Assembly (NCBI GenBank): GCA_024687205.1
Contig: JAILES010000081.1
Coordinates: forward strand, 5,657-69,656
DNA: 64,000 nt
Direction of reading: 5' to 3'
DNA from: Lachnospiraceae bacterium
GTDB lineage: Bacteria > Bacillota > Clostridia > Lachnospirales > Lachnospiraceae
In this document: positions 44,975 through 54,166 of the stretch, one piece after another
Layout of the letters: every line of letters starts with the position of its first letter
How positions within the stretch are numbered: position 1 is the stretch's first letter
Notes under the pieces: generated by a model
The model's database searches: none
What the model was told of the DNA's origin: nothing
Seen by the model: the letters and a program-made list of their open reading frames with translations, nothing else
Made by a program: the position numbers and the translations under genes

Positions 44975-46549
44975 TCATTCCTCCTTATTCTCACTGTTTC
45001 CGTCTTTGCCGAAAAATACCTTAAGACCATTATATATATACTCGGGCAAAGCTACAAGCTCATGTGCTGCTCCTTCGCTGTAGTAATAAACAGCATGTTC
45101 CGCATCAAAAATATCCTCACGTGAAAACATCTCGTCCATCAGCAGATCCAGTTCGCCGCGCATCGAATCCAGGGTGCCTGTACAGGCATAAATAAAATAT
45201 CCGCGTTCATCAAGTTTTTTCTCATTCACAACAGATATGAGATAGTCGGTATTGAGCACCGGCTCGGCATCATGTATATCACCGTAATACCAGCAGGCTG
45301 CGCTTATGGGCATAAAATACCGGATGTAATCAGAATTATAACAGAATTCAAACCAGGTGGTGACCGCTCCCATGGAAAAACCTCCGAAGGCCCGATGATC
45401 TCTTGATGCCATAAGGTCTTCCCGGGATGAAGAATCTGCATAGCTGTGATATTGCCCCTCTACGGCAGGCATCAGATATTCTTCGAAATCCCTGTGGAAA
45501 GCACGTACTTCTTCTTCGGAACGATCATAATCCCTGCGCCCGTTCCCGGCATCATATGTGGCAGCAACTATTATCATCGGAGGAATATCTCCGTTCATTA
45601 TCATATTATCTATGAGGTTCTTTTCCATTCCGTCGTTATTGCTGAAAAACTCTTCCGCATCTCCGCCAAAACCATGCATCATATAGAAGATATCATAACG
45701 CGCCTCATCATCTTCAGGATCGTAAGAAGCCGGAAGATATACATTTGCATTCTTAATGATCATTTCATTACTTCCGGCAAAATCCAAAGAATTATAACTG
45801 ATACTCTCCACTCTTCCCTGTATTTTAGCAGGGAGAAGATAAGCATCCGGAATGTCTTCTGTCATACCTCTTTGGGGAATATCAGGTATCTTGGGTTCCG
45901 GGAAAGGAGTCGGAGTGGGAATTGGCGTAGGTGATGGTGTCGGTGTCACTGTCGGAGAAGGCTGCACATCCTCTACAGGCGTGATATTCCCTTCCTCCTC
46001 TGCAATGATTTCCGCAGACGTATCTGTCCTTTCACTCTTAGCGGCACCGGTGACCGCCGGCCATACAAAATATAATTCCCATATGACACAGAAAATAAAT
46101 ACCAGGCACGTCGATATCATAACAGCTTTTTTATAACGGGAATCATACAGTTTTTCCACCGCCGGCTTTATCAGCTTAATGTTCAGCAAAGCCATAAGTC
46201 CGAAGATACAGCTGCTTACAAGTGATATCCTGTTCTGAAAGCTCAGAGGCCATCCTTCATAGGTCCAGAGGCTGGTATGAAATGCATATTCCATGAAATA
46301 TGAAACCGAAATTTCTATCCCGCTGGTAAGCAGCACGCTTCCCGCAAACAGCAGAACGCCGCTCCTGACCCTTCCGAATATGGCGATCAGTATCAGCAAG
46401 CCAAAACCGTAAATAGGACAGAGGGGCAGATGAAGCACCCCCCTGTCCGCATATACACCGAATAACAGTTCCATGCAGGCAATCTCGTAGAGCCAGCCTA
46501 TAAATGATGCCGCCATAAACAACAGCAGGTATTTGGTGAGCTTTTTCAT
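44975..46549 (-). CDS. Fusion: CmpB/DUF1113-type membrane domain + Pro/Thr linker + alpha/beta esterase
   Basis: GWLYE..RG.L.LP.CPIYGFG..LW.Y membrane motif, PSPTVTPTPSPTPIPTPTP linker, MHGFGG, GFSMG (GxSxG), C-terminal AHE. Confidence 0.75.
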   Translation of the reverse strand: MKKLTKYLLLFMAASFIGWLYEIACMELLFGVYADRGVLHLPLCPIYGFGLLILIAIFGRVRSGVLLFAGSVLLTSGIEISVSYFMEYAFHTSLWTYEGWPLSFQNRISLVSSCIFGLMALLNIKLIKPAVEKLYDSRYKKAVMISTCLVFIFCVIWELYFVWPAVTGAAKSERTDTSAEIIAEEEGNITPVEDVQPSPTVTPTPSPTPIPTPTPFPEPKIPDIPQRGMTEDIPDAYLLPAKIQGRVESISYNSLDFAGSNEMIIKNANVYLPASYDPEDDEARYDIFYMMHGFGGDAEEFFSNNDGMEKNLIDNMIMNGDIPPMIIVAATYDAGNGRRDYDRSEEEVRAFHRDFEEYLMPAVEGQYHSYADSSSREDLMASRDHRAFGGFSMGAVTTWFEFCYNSDYIRYFMPISAACWYYGDIHDAEPVLNTDYLISVVNEKKLDERGYFIYACTGTLDSMRGELDLLMDEMFSREDIFDAEHAVYYYSEGAAHELVALPEYIYNGLKVFFGKDGNSENKEE

Positions 46550-46555
46550 TGTTTT

Positions 46556-46880
46556 TTAATCTTCGTATATTTCTACCGAGGCAAGCTTTTCATCAGCAAG
46601 ATCCCACATGATATCCACTGTTTCTTTACCGTAGTAAAAAACATATCTGATCTGTCTGGTGTCACCTTCTTCATCATACTCATGATAAGCTTCGATACTT
46701 TCCCTGTCCGGTTCCGAATCATATCCGTACATTTCATTCAGCAGGGCTAAAACTTTTCCCTTATCACTTTCCGCTTTCTTCAGCGCATCCTCATCAGTAT
46801 AACTTCCGAGAGCTGCCCAGGAAAGTCTTCATATGTTCATATCCTTTACCGATCAGCTCTTCCTCCGAATTAGAAGTCAT
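46556..46880 (-). pseudogene. Frameshifted or truncated small gene remnant
   Basis: An ~85-codon acidic frame (..ALGSYTDEDALKK..VEIYED*) ends 6 nt before the next ATG but has no in-frame start at its 5' end. The upstream ATG frame (MTSNSEE..) stops after 28 codons. Confidence 0.45.
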
Positions 46881-46897
46881 AAAGGTGACAAAAAAAT

Positions 46898-48049
46898 TCA
46901 GCCTTTTATCAGCGGCAGCATTATCTCCGTCTCAACAAGATAAAGACCGTCTTCTTCACTGCAGTTTATATTATATTCACCGCCGTTTTTCTTTACGGCC
47001 CTGCGTATGTTCATGATCCCGAAGCCGTGATCCGGTGAGTTTTTAACTGATACGATCCTTGAGGGATCTACCTTGGTCATACTTTTATTCTTTTCCGTTA
47101 TAAGGATAAAATTGGCATTCTTTTTGAATTCGAGAATTATACTTTTATCTTCCTCCGAAAGATTTCTGCCGTAAAGCCTGCTTAACGCCTCTATTGCGTT
47201 ATCAAGGAGATTGGAAAGTATCGTAACAAGATCCGCAGCATCTATATCAAGCCCGGCCAGATCCCCGGAAAGTACCAGCTTAAGACCTCTTTTTTCTGCT
47301 TTTGCATACTTATCTGCAATTATAAAATCCGCTATATCGTTTCCGCTTCTGAAAGGGGGCGCTGCTGCCTCTATCTGTTCAGTGATCGTATCTATATAAG
47401 CAAGCAATTCTTCACGTCTTGACTGCTGTGCAAGTTCCCGCAATGCTATCATATGATTTTTCATATCATGTCTGCTTCGCCTTATCTCATAACTGCTCTT
47501 CTTAACGGCCTCGTAATAAGTATTCCGTGCATCCGAAAGCTCACTGTCGATCTTTTTAAGCTCGGCCCTGTATCTGTCCCTGGAAAGCTGAGGGGTATTG
47601 ATGACCGTAATAAAACAGAGGAGCCCTGTCACCAGAAAACTCAGGCCTGATGAAACAGCAGAATGCTCGTGTATGATACAGAAGCACAGAAGATTGAAAA
47701 GCAGCATGAATAAAAATGAATAAAGCAGATTGATAATACCCGGGATAACAGCTTCACGACCTGATAAAATGATACATACCGGCGCAAGCAGCATTATGAC
47801 CGCAAGAACACTTATCGGATAGAACAGCAGATGAAGAAATCCGCTTTCACCGTATTTCTCAAGAACATACAGACACTGTCTGAAATCGAAAGCCATGATG
47901 AGTGTCGAAAAAAGACAGAGTAAAAAAGATATGGGATATTCCTTTTTCTGCTCACCCTTAAGCTCTCTTCTTCCGTAAATAAAAAACCACATAAGAAATG
48001 CGGCTGCTATGATCAATATAAATGTTATAGCGTAATATATCAGCTCCAT
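46898..48049 (-). CDS. AgrC/GHKL-type sensor histidine kinase
   Basis: Multi-TM N-terminus, RHDMKNH, SNLLDNAIEA, HGFGI. Confidence 0.88.
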   Translation of the reverse strand: MELIYYAITFILIIAAAFLMWFFIYGRRELKGEQKKEYPISFLLCLFSTLIMAFDFRQCLYVLEKYGESGFLHLLFYPISVLAVIMLLAPVCIILSGREAVIPGIINLLYSFLFMLLFNLLCFCIIHEHSAVSSGLSFLVTGLLCFITVINTPQLSRDRYRAELKKIDSELSDARNTYYEAVKKSSYEIRRSRHDMKNHMIALRELAQQSRREELLAYIDTITEQIEAAAPPFRSGNDIADFIIADKYAKAEKRGLKLVLSGDLAGLDIDAADLVTILSNLLDNAIEALSRLYGRNLSEEDKSIILEFKKNANFILITEKNKSMTKVDPSRIVSVKNSPDHGFGIMNIRRAVKKNGGEYNINCSEEDGLYLVETEIMLPLIKG

Positions 48050-48051
48050 CT

Positions 48052-48753
48052 TTACCTGGCGGTTTTCTTTATATGCTCATAAAGCTCGTTCTTAAATCCA
48101 TTAAAGCAGGACCTGCTTATACCGATAACACTTCCGTCATCAAGTACTGCCTCCCTGTCCCTAAGACGTGCCACATGATCGAGATTCACCGCACTGCAAC
48201 GGTGAACTTTTCTGATCGTATCGTTGATCTTATTGAAGATATCAACTGCCTCACCAAGCTTCATCCTTGTAGTAAAAGAACCCGAGCTTGTTATTATCCT
48301 CACATTATTATTGTCCGATTCGAGAAACAAAACCTCGGAAGGTATTACCAGTATCTCTTCGCCGGCTGACTTTATCAGCACGCCTTTATGGCTGGCTTTG
48401 AGAAGCTGTATGTCCTGAATGGTCTGCATGAGTTTTGTATCATCAACCGGCTTTTTCAGAAAACGGAAGGCATTGACCTCGTAGCCTTCTATGGCCATTT
48501 CGGTATGGCTGGTCAGGAATACTATGGGGATCTCATAATCCTTCTCACGTATCTGCCTGGCAGCACTCATACCATCCATACCGCCCATTTCTATATCCAG
48601 AAAGATCAGGTCAAAACTCTCTGAAGAAGCAAGCAGCTCTTCTGCACTTAAAAACGGAAATACCTCGCAGTCAAGTCTTGAGATATGCTTATATATCTTC
48701 TGCTCAAGATCGCTCAGAAAAATATTCTCATCATCACATATGGCGATCTTCAT
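48052..48753 (-). CDS. LytTR family response regulator
   Basis: IAICDD..FLDIEM..FLTS..RFLKKP receiver + KVHRCSAVNLDHV LytTR domain. Confidence 0.92.
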   Translation of the reverse strand: MKIAICDDENIFLSDLEQKIYKHISRLDCEVFPFLSAEELLASSESFDLIFLDIEMGGMDGMSAARQIREKDYEIPIVFLTSHTEMAIEGYEVNAFRFLKKPVDDTKLMQTIQDIQLLKASHKGVLIKSAGEEILVIPSEVLFLESDNNNVRIITSSGSFTTRMKLGEAVDIFNKINDTIRKVHRCSAVNLDHVARLRDREAVLDDGSVIGISRSCFNGFKNELYEHIKKTAR

Positions 48754-48782
48754 CCTTGTCTGCCCTCCATTCAGAAATTATA

Positions 48783-49454
48783 TCAGATGAGCTTTCCGTT
48801 GTCGAGTTTCACGACACGGCTGCCATACCTGCTGTTCTCCTCGGAATGAGTTACCTGAAGTATGGTCATACCCTTTTCTTCATTTATTTTTTTGAAGAGT
48901 TCCATGATATTACGGCCGGATTCCTTGTCGAGATTTCCTGTGGGCTCATCCGCAAGTATTATCTCCGGTTCACCCATAAGAGCTCTTGCAATGGCAACAC
49001 GCTGCTGCTGCCCGCCGGACAGTTTTGCCGGCATTACTTTTCTCTTATCGGCGATACCTGTGATATCAAGTATCTCCGTAAGTTTTTTCTCAGTTTCGCT
49101 GTTATACCGTTTTGAAACCTTTAATGGAAGCAGGATGTTATCCTCTACGCTAAGGTTCTGTACAAGATTGTAAAACTGGAAGATAAAGCCTATCTTTGAA
49201 AGTCTTAAGTCGGACAGTTTTTTCTCTTTTATCTTTCCTATGTTCTCACCACACACCACGATATCTCCGGTATAATTGCGGTCAAGACCGCCTATCAGAT
49301 ACAGGAGCGTGGACTTTCCCGAGCCCGAGGGCCCCATAAGTGAAACAAACTCACCCTGCTCTACCCTCATGTCCGCACCCTGAAGCACCTTTACTTCAAG
49401 ATCATCTTTTCCGAATGATTTGTAAACATTATCAACTGTGATTATCGTATCCAT
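48783..49454 (-). CDS. ABC transporter ATP-binding protein (LolD/MacB-like)
   Basis: [33 protein letters not shown]. Confidence 0.93.
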   Translation of the reverse strand: MDTIITVDNVYKSFGKDDLEVKVLQGADMRVEQGEFVSLMGPSGSGKSTLLYLIGGLDRNYTGDIVVCGENIGKIKEKKLSDLRLSKIGFIFQFYNLVQNLSVEDNILLPLKVSKRYNSETEKKLTEILDITGIADKRKVMPAKLSGGQQQRVAIARALMGEPEIILADEPTGNLDKESGRNIMELFKKINEEKGMTILQVTHSEENSRYGSRVVKLDNGKLI

Positions 49455-49480
49455 TAGCTTTCTCCTTTCGGTACTGTCTT

Positions 49481-51967
49481 CTATTCGTATTTCAGCTCTT
49501 CGGCAATATTCATCTTCTTCAGATATCCTGAGGGTATCAGCGTGGTAAGGAGGAATACCGCAAGTATTATCGCAAGATATACCACGCTCCAGATCAATCC
49601 TATTCCATTTGTGTTATTGATACCGATATCTCCGTCACTTATGACATCCAGAAGATATACGAGCACCCTGTATAGGAAAGGCGAAGCGATCACTGCTACA
49701 ACAGCTGAGATCCCCATGGAAAACAGGCTTTCGAGGAATATCAGTCTTTTAAGTTTATGACGCGGCATTGCAACCGAGTAAAGCAGCGCTGTTTCTCTTT
49801 TACGTGTCAGGAACCCGATGGACTGGTTTCCTGCAATACCTATCATAGTAAGCATAACACTTCCCGCTACTACCAGCCTGAGTACGGTAAGCATACCGCC
49901 CGAATTCTCCTGCTGTTCTTCGTTAAGCTCATCACGGGTCTTTATCTTAAGTGCATAGGACTCGGAGTTTTTTGTGATGATCTCTTTTACACTTTCGGGA
50001 TCATCCGCATTCAACAATATGGTAGATAATCTTCCGGTGAACATGTGGTCATAAAGATCCCTGTTTATTATCAATGATTCAAAACTGAAGATCATGGTAT
50101 CATTCGTATTTAAGAGATCCTTGATAACAAAATTCTTTTCTATAGGAAAATCAGTATTCGGATCAAAAACCAGCTTAACCTCATCACCGATCTTAACCTT
50201 GATCCTTTTTGCCATAGCTTCGGACATAACGATCTCGTCTGCCTTAAGTCCGTATCCATCGGCCGGAAGATCTTTAAACATCGTATGGGGACTGTCCGCA
50301 AAGACAGACCAGACTCTTTTCTTTTCATTGTTTATCGCTGCATTAGCAGGACTTTCATATACATAGTCGATCTCCGATATTCCTTCCACAGCATTCAGAT
50401 ATCTGTAATCATGGTCCTCATCATTTACATATATATCAACCATCAGATCACTATCATATTTGCTTTTTATGATATCCCCGGTAAGAGCCTTCCCTATTCC
50501 TTCTATAAGAAGCGCCAGTGTCAGGGATGTCACACACAATACCGCCGTACCCATTATTATCCTGTTTCTGGAAATGTTTTCCGATGCAAGCTGGGCAACA
50601 GGGAAGGATATCTTTTTAAACAACGCTGTCAATCCCTTTGATATGATGCGTATCAGGAAGGGGATAAGGACCGCCAGGGCCACCACTCCGAAGGCAAAGG
50701 AAAGAGCCAGGGTGAAAAAGTTTTTGACCAGCAGTCCCGAAACTAACGAGACAGCAAGCAGGGTTATTCCTGCATAGAGTCTGCCCCATCTGTATTTGAA
50801 TTCCGTATCCTTATTATCAAATATGATATCCCTTATAGGCGTTTTAACTGCCTTTGCAAGTTCGAATAAAGGGTACGCGCATTCTATGATGATGGCTCCT
50901 GCAAGCACTGTCAGATATACATATATCGGAGTGGCGCCGAAATACTGTGCGGGATCGATCTTTTCACCTGAACTCGTGCTCATATTCATCATTGATCCCA
51001 GCATTCCGGGTTTTACGGCAGAGTATACCGCAATTCCGATAACGGTACCTATAACGGCATATATTATATTTTCAATAAGAAGGAGAATAGCGGTCTTTCC
51101 CTGCGTGACACCGAGGCTTCTTAAAGTTCCTATAACAGACATTCTTTCATTTACGATCTTTTCCGCCATGGAGGTTGTCACAAAGATCACAAGAAGGAAG
51201 GATATCAGGAACAGCAGATAGAACAAGTTATACAGGGACTCTATATCCGGATTATCCACAAGTTCACTGATCACCTCAAGTTCGGCACCGGGAGCCTCCT
51301 CCCTTATGACATCTGCAATCTCCTGGATTTTTGCATCGTCTTCTACATCCAGAAACCAGCAATTGTAATCTGTCGATGCCAGACAGGATATCCTTCTCAT
51401 GTTCTCAGTAGAAACTATAACGAAGTCACCGCTTAAAAAGGAATTGTTGAGAGTTACCACATCCAGGACTTTAAGCGGGATATCAACTTCATCCCTGGTC
51501 TCGAAGTGTACGGTATCTCCGACTGACTTTTCGAACTTTTCCGCATAGCTTGTACTTATTAATACCGACTCATCGTCAAGTTCATACTTCTCAGGAAGGA
51601 TACACATTTCATATGCCGCCCCAAGATCAGATATCGAACTGACGGATATCGGTGTTTCGAAGGAATATGAATAACTTGAAGGATCTCTTTTATACTCATA
51701 TTCCTGCACCGAGTTGATACCTATTCTTTTTACCGTTGCAAGATCATCTATCCGGTCTATCTCTTCACCTGTTACCTGATAAGCTACTATATCCATCTTT
51801 CCGATCATGTCCAGCATGTAGCCTTTCAGCAGATCCTGTATGTTGTTTTTCATATCCACCGCCAGCAGAGCCGTAAGTGACGCAAAACTGATACAGAACA
51901 CCAGAAGCAGGAGCCTTAAGGGCTTTGAAAAAATATTCTTAAGTGAGTGTTTTATCATCAATCCCAT
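49481..51967 (-). CDS. FtsX/MacB-family ABC transporter permease
   Basis: Two FtsX halves (ER.SVIGTLRSLG; RKRETALL.SV) separated by large extracellular domains. Confidence 0.88.
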   Translation of the reverse strand: MGLMIKHSLKNIFSKPLRLLLLVFCISFASLTALLAVDMKNNIQDLLKGYMLDMIGKMDIVAYQVTGEEIDRIDDLATVKRIGINSVQEYEYKRDPSSYSYSFETPISVSSISDLGAAYEMCILPEKYELDDESVLISTSYAEKFEKSVGDTVHFETRDEVDIPLKVLDVVTLNNSFLSGDFVIVSTENMRRISCLASTDYNCWFLDVEDDAKIQEIADVIREEAPGAELEVISELVDNPDIESLYNLFYLLFLISFLLVIFVTTSMAEKIVNERMSVIGTLRSLGVTQGKTAILLLIENIIYAVIGTVIGIAVYSAVKPGMLGSMMNMSTSSGEKIDPAQYFGATPIYVYLTVLAGAIIIECAYPLFELAKAVKTPIRDIIFDNKDTEFKYRWGRLYAGITLLAVSLVSGLLVKNFFTLALSFAFGVVALAVLIPFLIRIISKGLTALFKKISFPVAQLASENISRNRIIMGTAVLCVTSLTLALLIEGIGKALTGDIIKSKYDSDLMVDIYVNDEDHDYRYLNAVEGISEIDYVYESPANAAINNEKKRVWSVFADSPHTMFKDLPADGYGLKADEIVMSEAMAKRIKVKIGDEVKLVFDPNTDFPIEKNFVIKDLLNTNDTMIFSFESLIINRDLYDHMFTGRLSTILLNADDPESVKEIITKNSESYALKIKTRDELNEEQQENSGGMLTVLRLVVAGSVMLTMIGIAGNQSIGFLTRKRETALLYSVAMPRHKLKRLIFLESLFSMGISAVVAVIASPFLYRVLVYLLDVISDGDIGINNTNGIGLIWSVVYLAIILAVFLLTTLIPSGYLKKMNIAEELKYE

Positions 51968-51980
51968 TTTCTTTTTCCTC

Positions 51981-54020
51981 CTACCATCTCTTTACCCTGT
52001 CTTCGGGGGCTACATACATTGCGTCACCCGGCTTTACGTCATATATCTCATAGAAAGGATCAAACAATGATACTACGGCATTAACCCTTATGATATCCGG
52101 ACTGTGAACATCAGCGTAAAGCTGACTCAATACCTCGTCTTTCGGAGTTATCGCTGCCCAGATCCTTGCATAGTTTTCAAACAATTCCTTACGCTGCTCA
52201 TTATTTTTTGTCAGACGGAGTATGCAGTCCACACCACTGATATCCGCCAGATTTTCTCCAAGAGTCAGTTCTCCGTCCACGGGATGAATATCAAGGATCT
52301 TCATGTCGGAATAATACTCTTCTATATGTTCTGCCATTTCATCAAAAGCTTTCCTGTCTTTCTCCGGGATCCAGTCCGGGGAGTAATTACCATTCATATC
52401 AAACATCATTCCGTGATTGTCAAAAGCATGTGATATCTCGTGTCCGACTACCGCACCTATACCACCGAGATTCTGCCAGTAGCTTTGATCCTTACTGTAA
52501 AAAGGTGCATCCATGATCGCAAGAGTGATATTGATCGAATTCATATCCGGTGAATAGCAGGCATTTACGGTCTGTGGATTCATCATCTTAAAACCGTTTC
52601 GTTCAACACCTGAACTGAGCATTTCAATCTGTTCTTCATATTTTTTCATATTCAGCCTGTATCTGGTCTCATATACCGAGTGGCCGATGAGTCCCGCATC
52701 CTTCGGATCTATAGTATGAGGATCTCCCGCACCGATAAAATACATCATGTTATCAAGCTTTTGTCTGATCGCAGTTTTTCCTTTATCACTGAGCCAGCTG
52801 CAGTCTTTAATCATCAGCTTGTATTCTTCTACTATGGCCTTTGTGATCTCCGTCACTTCTTCGACCGTTTCGCTGTCATACCAGCGCTTTACATACTCTT
52901 CTCCGATTTCCCTGCCTAAAACATACTTCACAACATCTTTGGCATACTTATCATTTGAGTAAAGGACCTGAGTTCCGCCGTATTCTTCGCTCAGATACTC
53001 CGTCATACTGTATTTGTAGCAGACAACCGCTATGTCCTGCCACTCCTTAAGATGTTTCTCGGTAAGCAGAGAATCTATAGCAGCAAGCTGCCCCTCATCC
53101 CAGAGATATACTCCCTTTGTCAGTCTTTCTTCGATACCCAGGGAACGGAGTATCCCGTCAGTACCCACGTTGGGGCAGAGCTTATCAAGTTCTTCATTGG
53201 TTTTGTATTTTGCTGTCTGTAATGCCGTACTCCAGTCCTTACCCATACTTTCGATCAACTCAAGATCCGAGGAAAGAGCAATATCTATGATCAGCTTTAC
53301 ATCCGCTATGCTTCTCTCATTTGCCTCATCAATGTCCATGCCAAGATCCGTAAGAACATCCTTCACCTGTGCTGCCGCAGATTGTCCCATCTGCCCGCCG
53401 ATGCAGATATCTTTTAGTGACCCGCCGACAGGTGATGAAAAAGGCCGGAGTGAAATACTTCCGGATGAGGAATCCCGCATATCCGTATCTATATCGATAC
53501 CGCAGATCGGATTCACACCCCAGCCGGCAAACAGCTTTCCGCTGACCTTGAGAAATTCGTCTATCGTAGAAGTACTGTATATCTCATCAACCGTTGCCAG
53601 CATGTTTTCTATGTCCTCAGCATTCATAAAACTGCCGCCGGTAGAAGCTTCCAGGACCTGCTGATATACATCATATATCAGCTGCTCGTTACTGCCGGGA
53701 GCATAGGAATCCCTGTTTCCCTTCGCTATGTCTTCTATGATCTCATCCACCCTGTCGTCGACTTTTTCGGCGATCACATCAAAAGAACCGTACCTTCCCT
53801 TATACTTCTCAAGATCGGCATCAAGAAGATACTTCGCATTTATATATCCGTTATAATCGTCCCCCGGCTTAATGCTTTCCGGATCGAAACTCTCTTCTTC
53901 CGCAGCAGTCTCTGCAGCCACCGTCTCTTCAGCCGTTTTCTCAGCAGTTACTTCGCCGCAGCCGGGTATCAGTAACAACGTAAGCAATATTGCCGCAATG
54001 CTTTTTCTTTTCATAAGCAT
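51981..54020 (-). CDS. M13 family zinc metallopeptidase, lipoprotein
   Basis: Lipobox LIPG-C, VNACY, GHEISHAFD (HExxH), GENLAD, HSP..RVN. Confidence 0.9.
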   Translation of the reverse strand: MLMKRKSIAAILLTLLLIPGCGEVTAEKTAEETVAAETAAEEESFDPESIKPGDDYNGYINAKYLLDADLEKYKGRYGSFDVIAEKVDDRVDEIIEDIAKGNRDSYAPGSNEQLIYDVYQQVLEASTGGSFMNAEDIENMLATVDEIYSTSTIDEFLKVSGKLFAGWGVNPICGIDIDTDMRDSSSGSISLRPFSSPVGGSLKDICIGGQMGQSAAAQVKDVLTDLGMDIDEANERSIADVKLIIDIALSSDLELIESMGKDWSTALQTAKYKTNEELDKLCPNVGTDGILRSLGIEERLTKGVYLWDEGQLAAIDSLLTEKHLKEWQDIAVVCYKYSMTEYLSEEYGGTQVLYSNDKYAKDVVKYVLGREIGEEYVKRWYDSETVEEVTEITKAIVEEYKLMIKDCSWLSDKGKTAIRQKLDNMMYFIGAGDPHTIDPKDAGLIGHSVYETRYRLNMKKYEEQIEMLSSGVERNGFKMMNPQTVNACYSPDMNSINITLAIMDAPFYSKDQSYWQNLGGIGAVVGHEISHAFDNHGMMFDMNGNYSPDWIPEKDRKAFDEMAEHIEEYYSDMKILDIHPVDGELTLGENLADISGVDCILRLTKNNEQRKELFENYARIWAAITPKDEVLSQLYADVHSPDIIRVNAVVSLFDPFYEIYDVKPGDAMYVAPEDRVKRW

Positions 54021-54044
54021 ACTCCTTCCTTTATCACTATGGTC

Positions 54045-54108
54045 ATTATAGCGTACCGGATCGGAAACTAACGGAAAATGTGGTGAACGGTTTTATTTAT
54101 GTGGTGAA
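54045..54108 (-). promoter_or_regulatory. LytTR-type promoter: 10-bp direct repeats and -10 box
   Basis: TTCACCACAT x2 (54099-54108, 54078-54087; 21-bp period), TATAAT 27 nt downstream, no good -35. Confidence 0.7.
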
Positions 54109-54111
54109 TTG

Positions 54112-54140
54112 AAAAAGGGCTCCGATCACGGAACCCTTTT
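54112..54140 (-). terminator. pheST terminator
   Basis: GGGTTCC-GTGATC-GGAGCCC-TTTTT. Confidence 0.8.
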
Positions 54141-54166
54141 CTTATATGAGATTTCCTATAAAAGCT

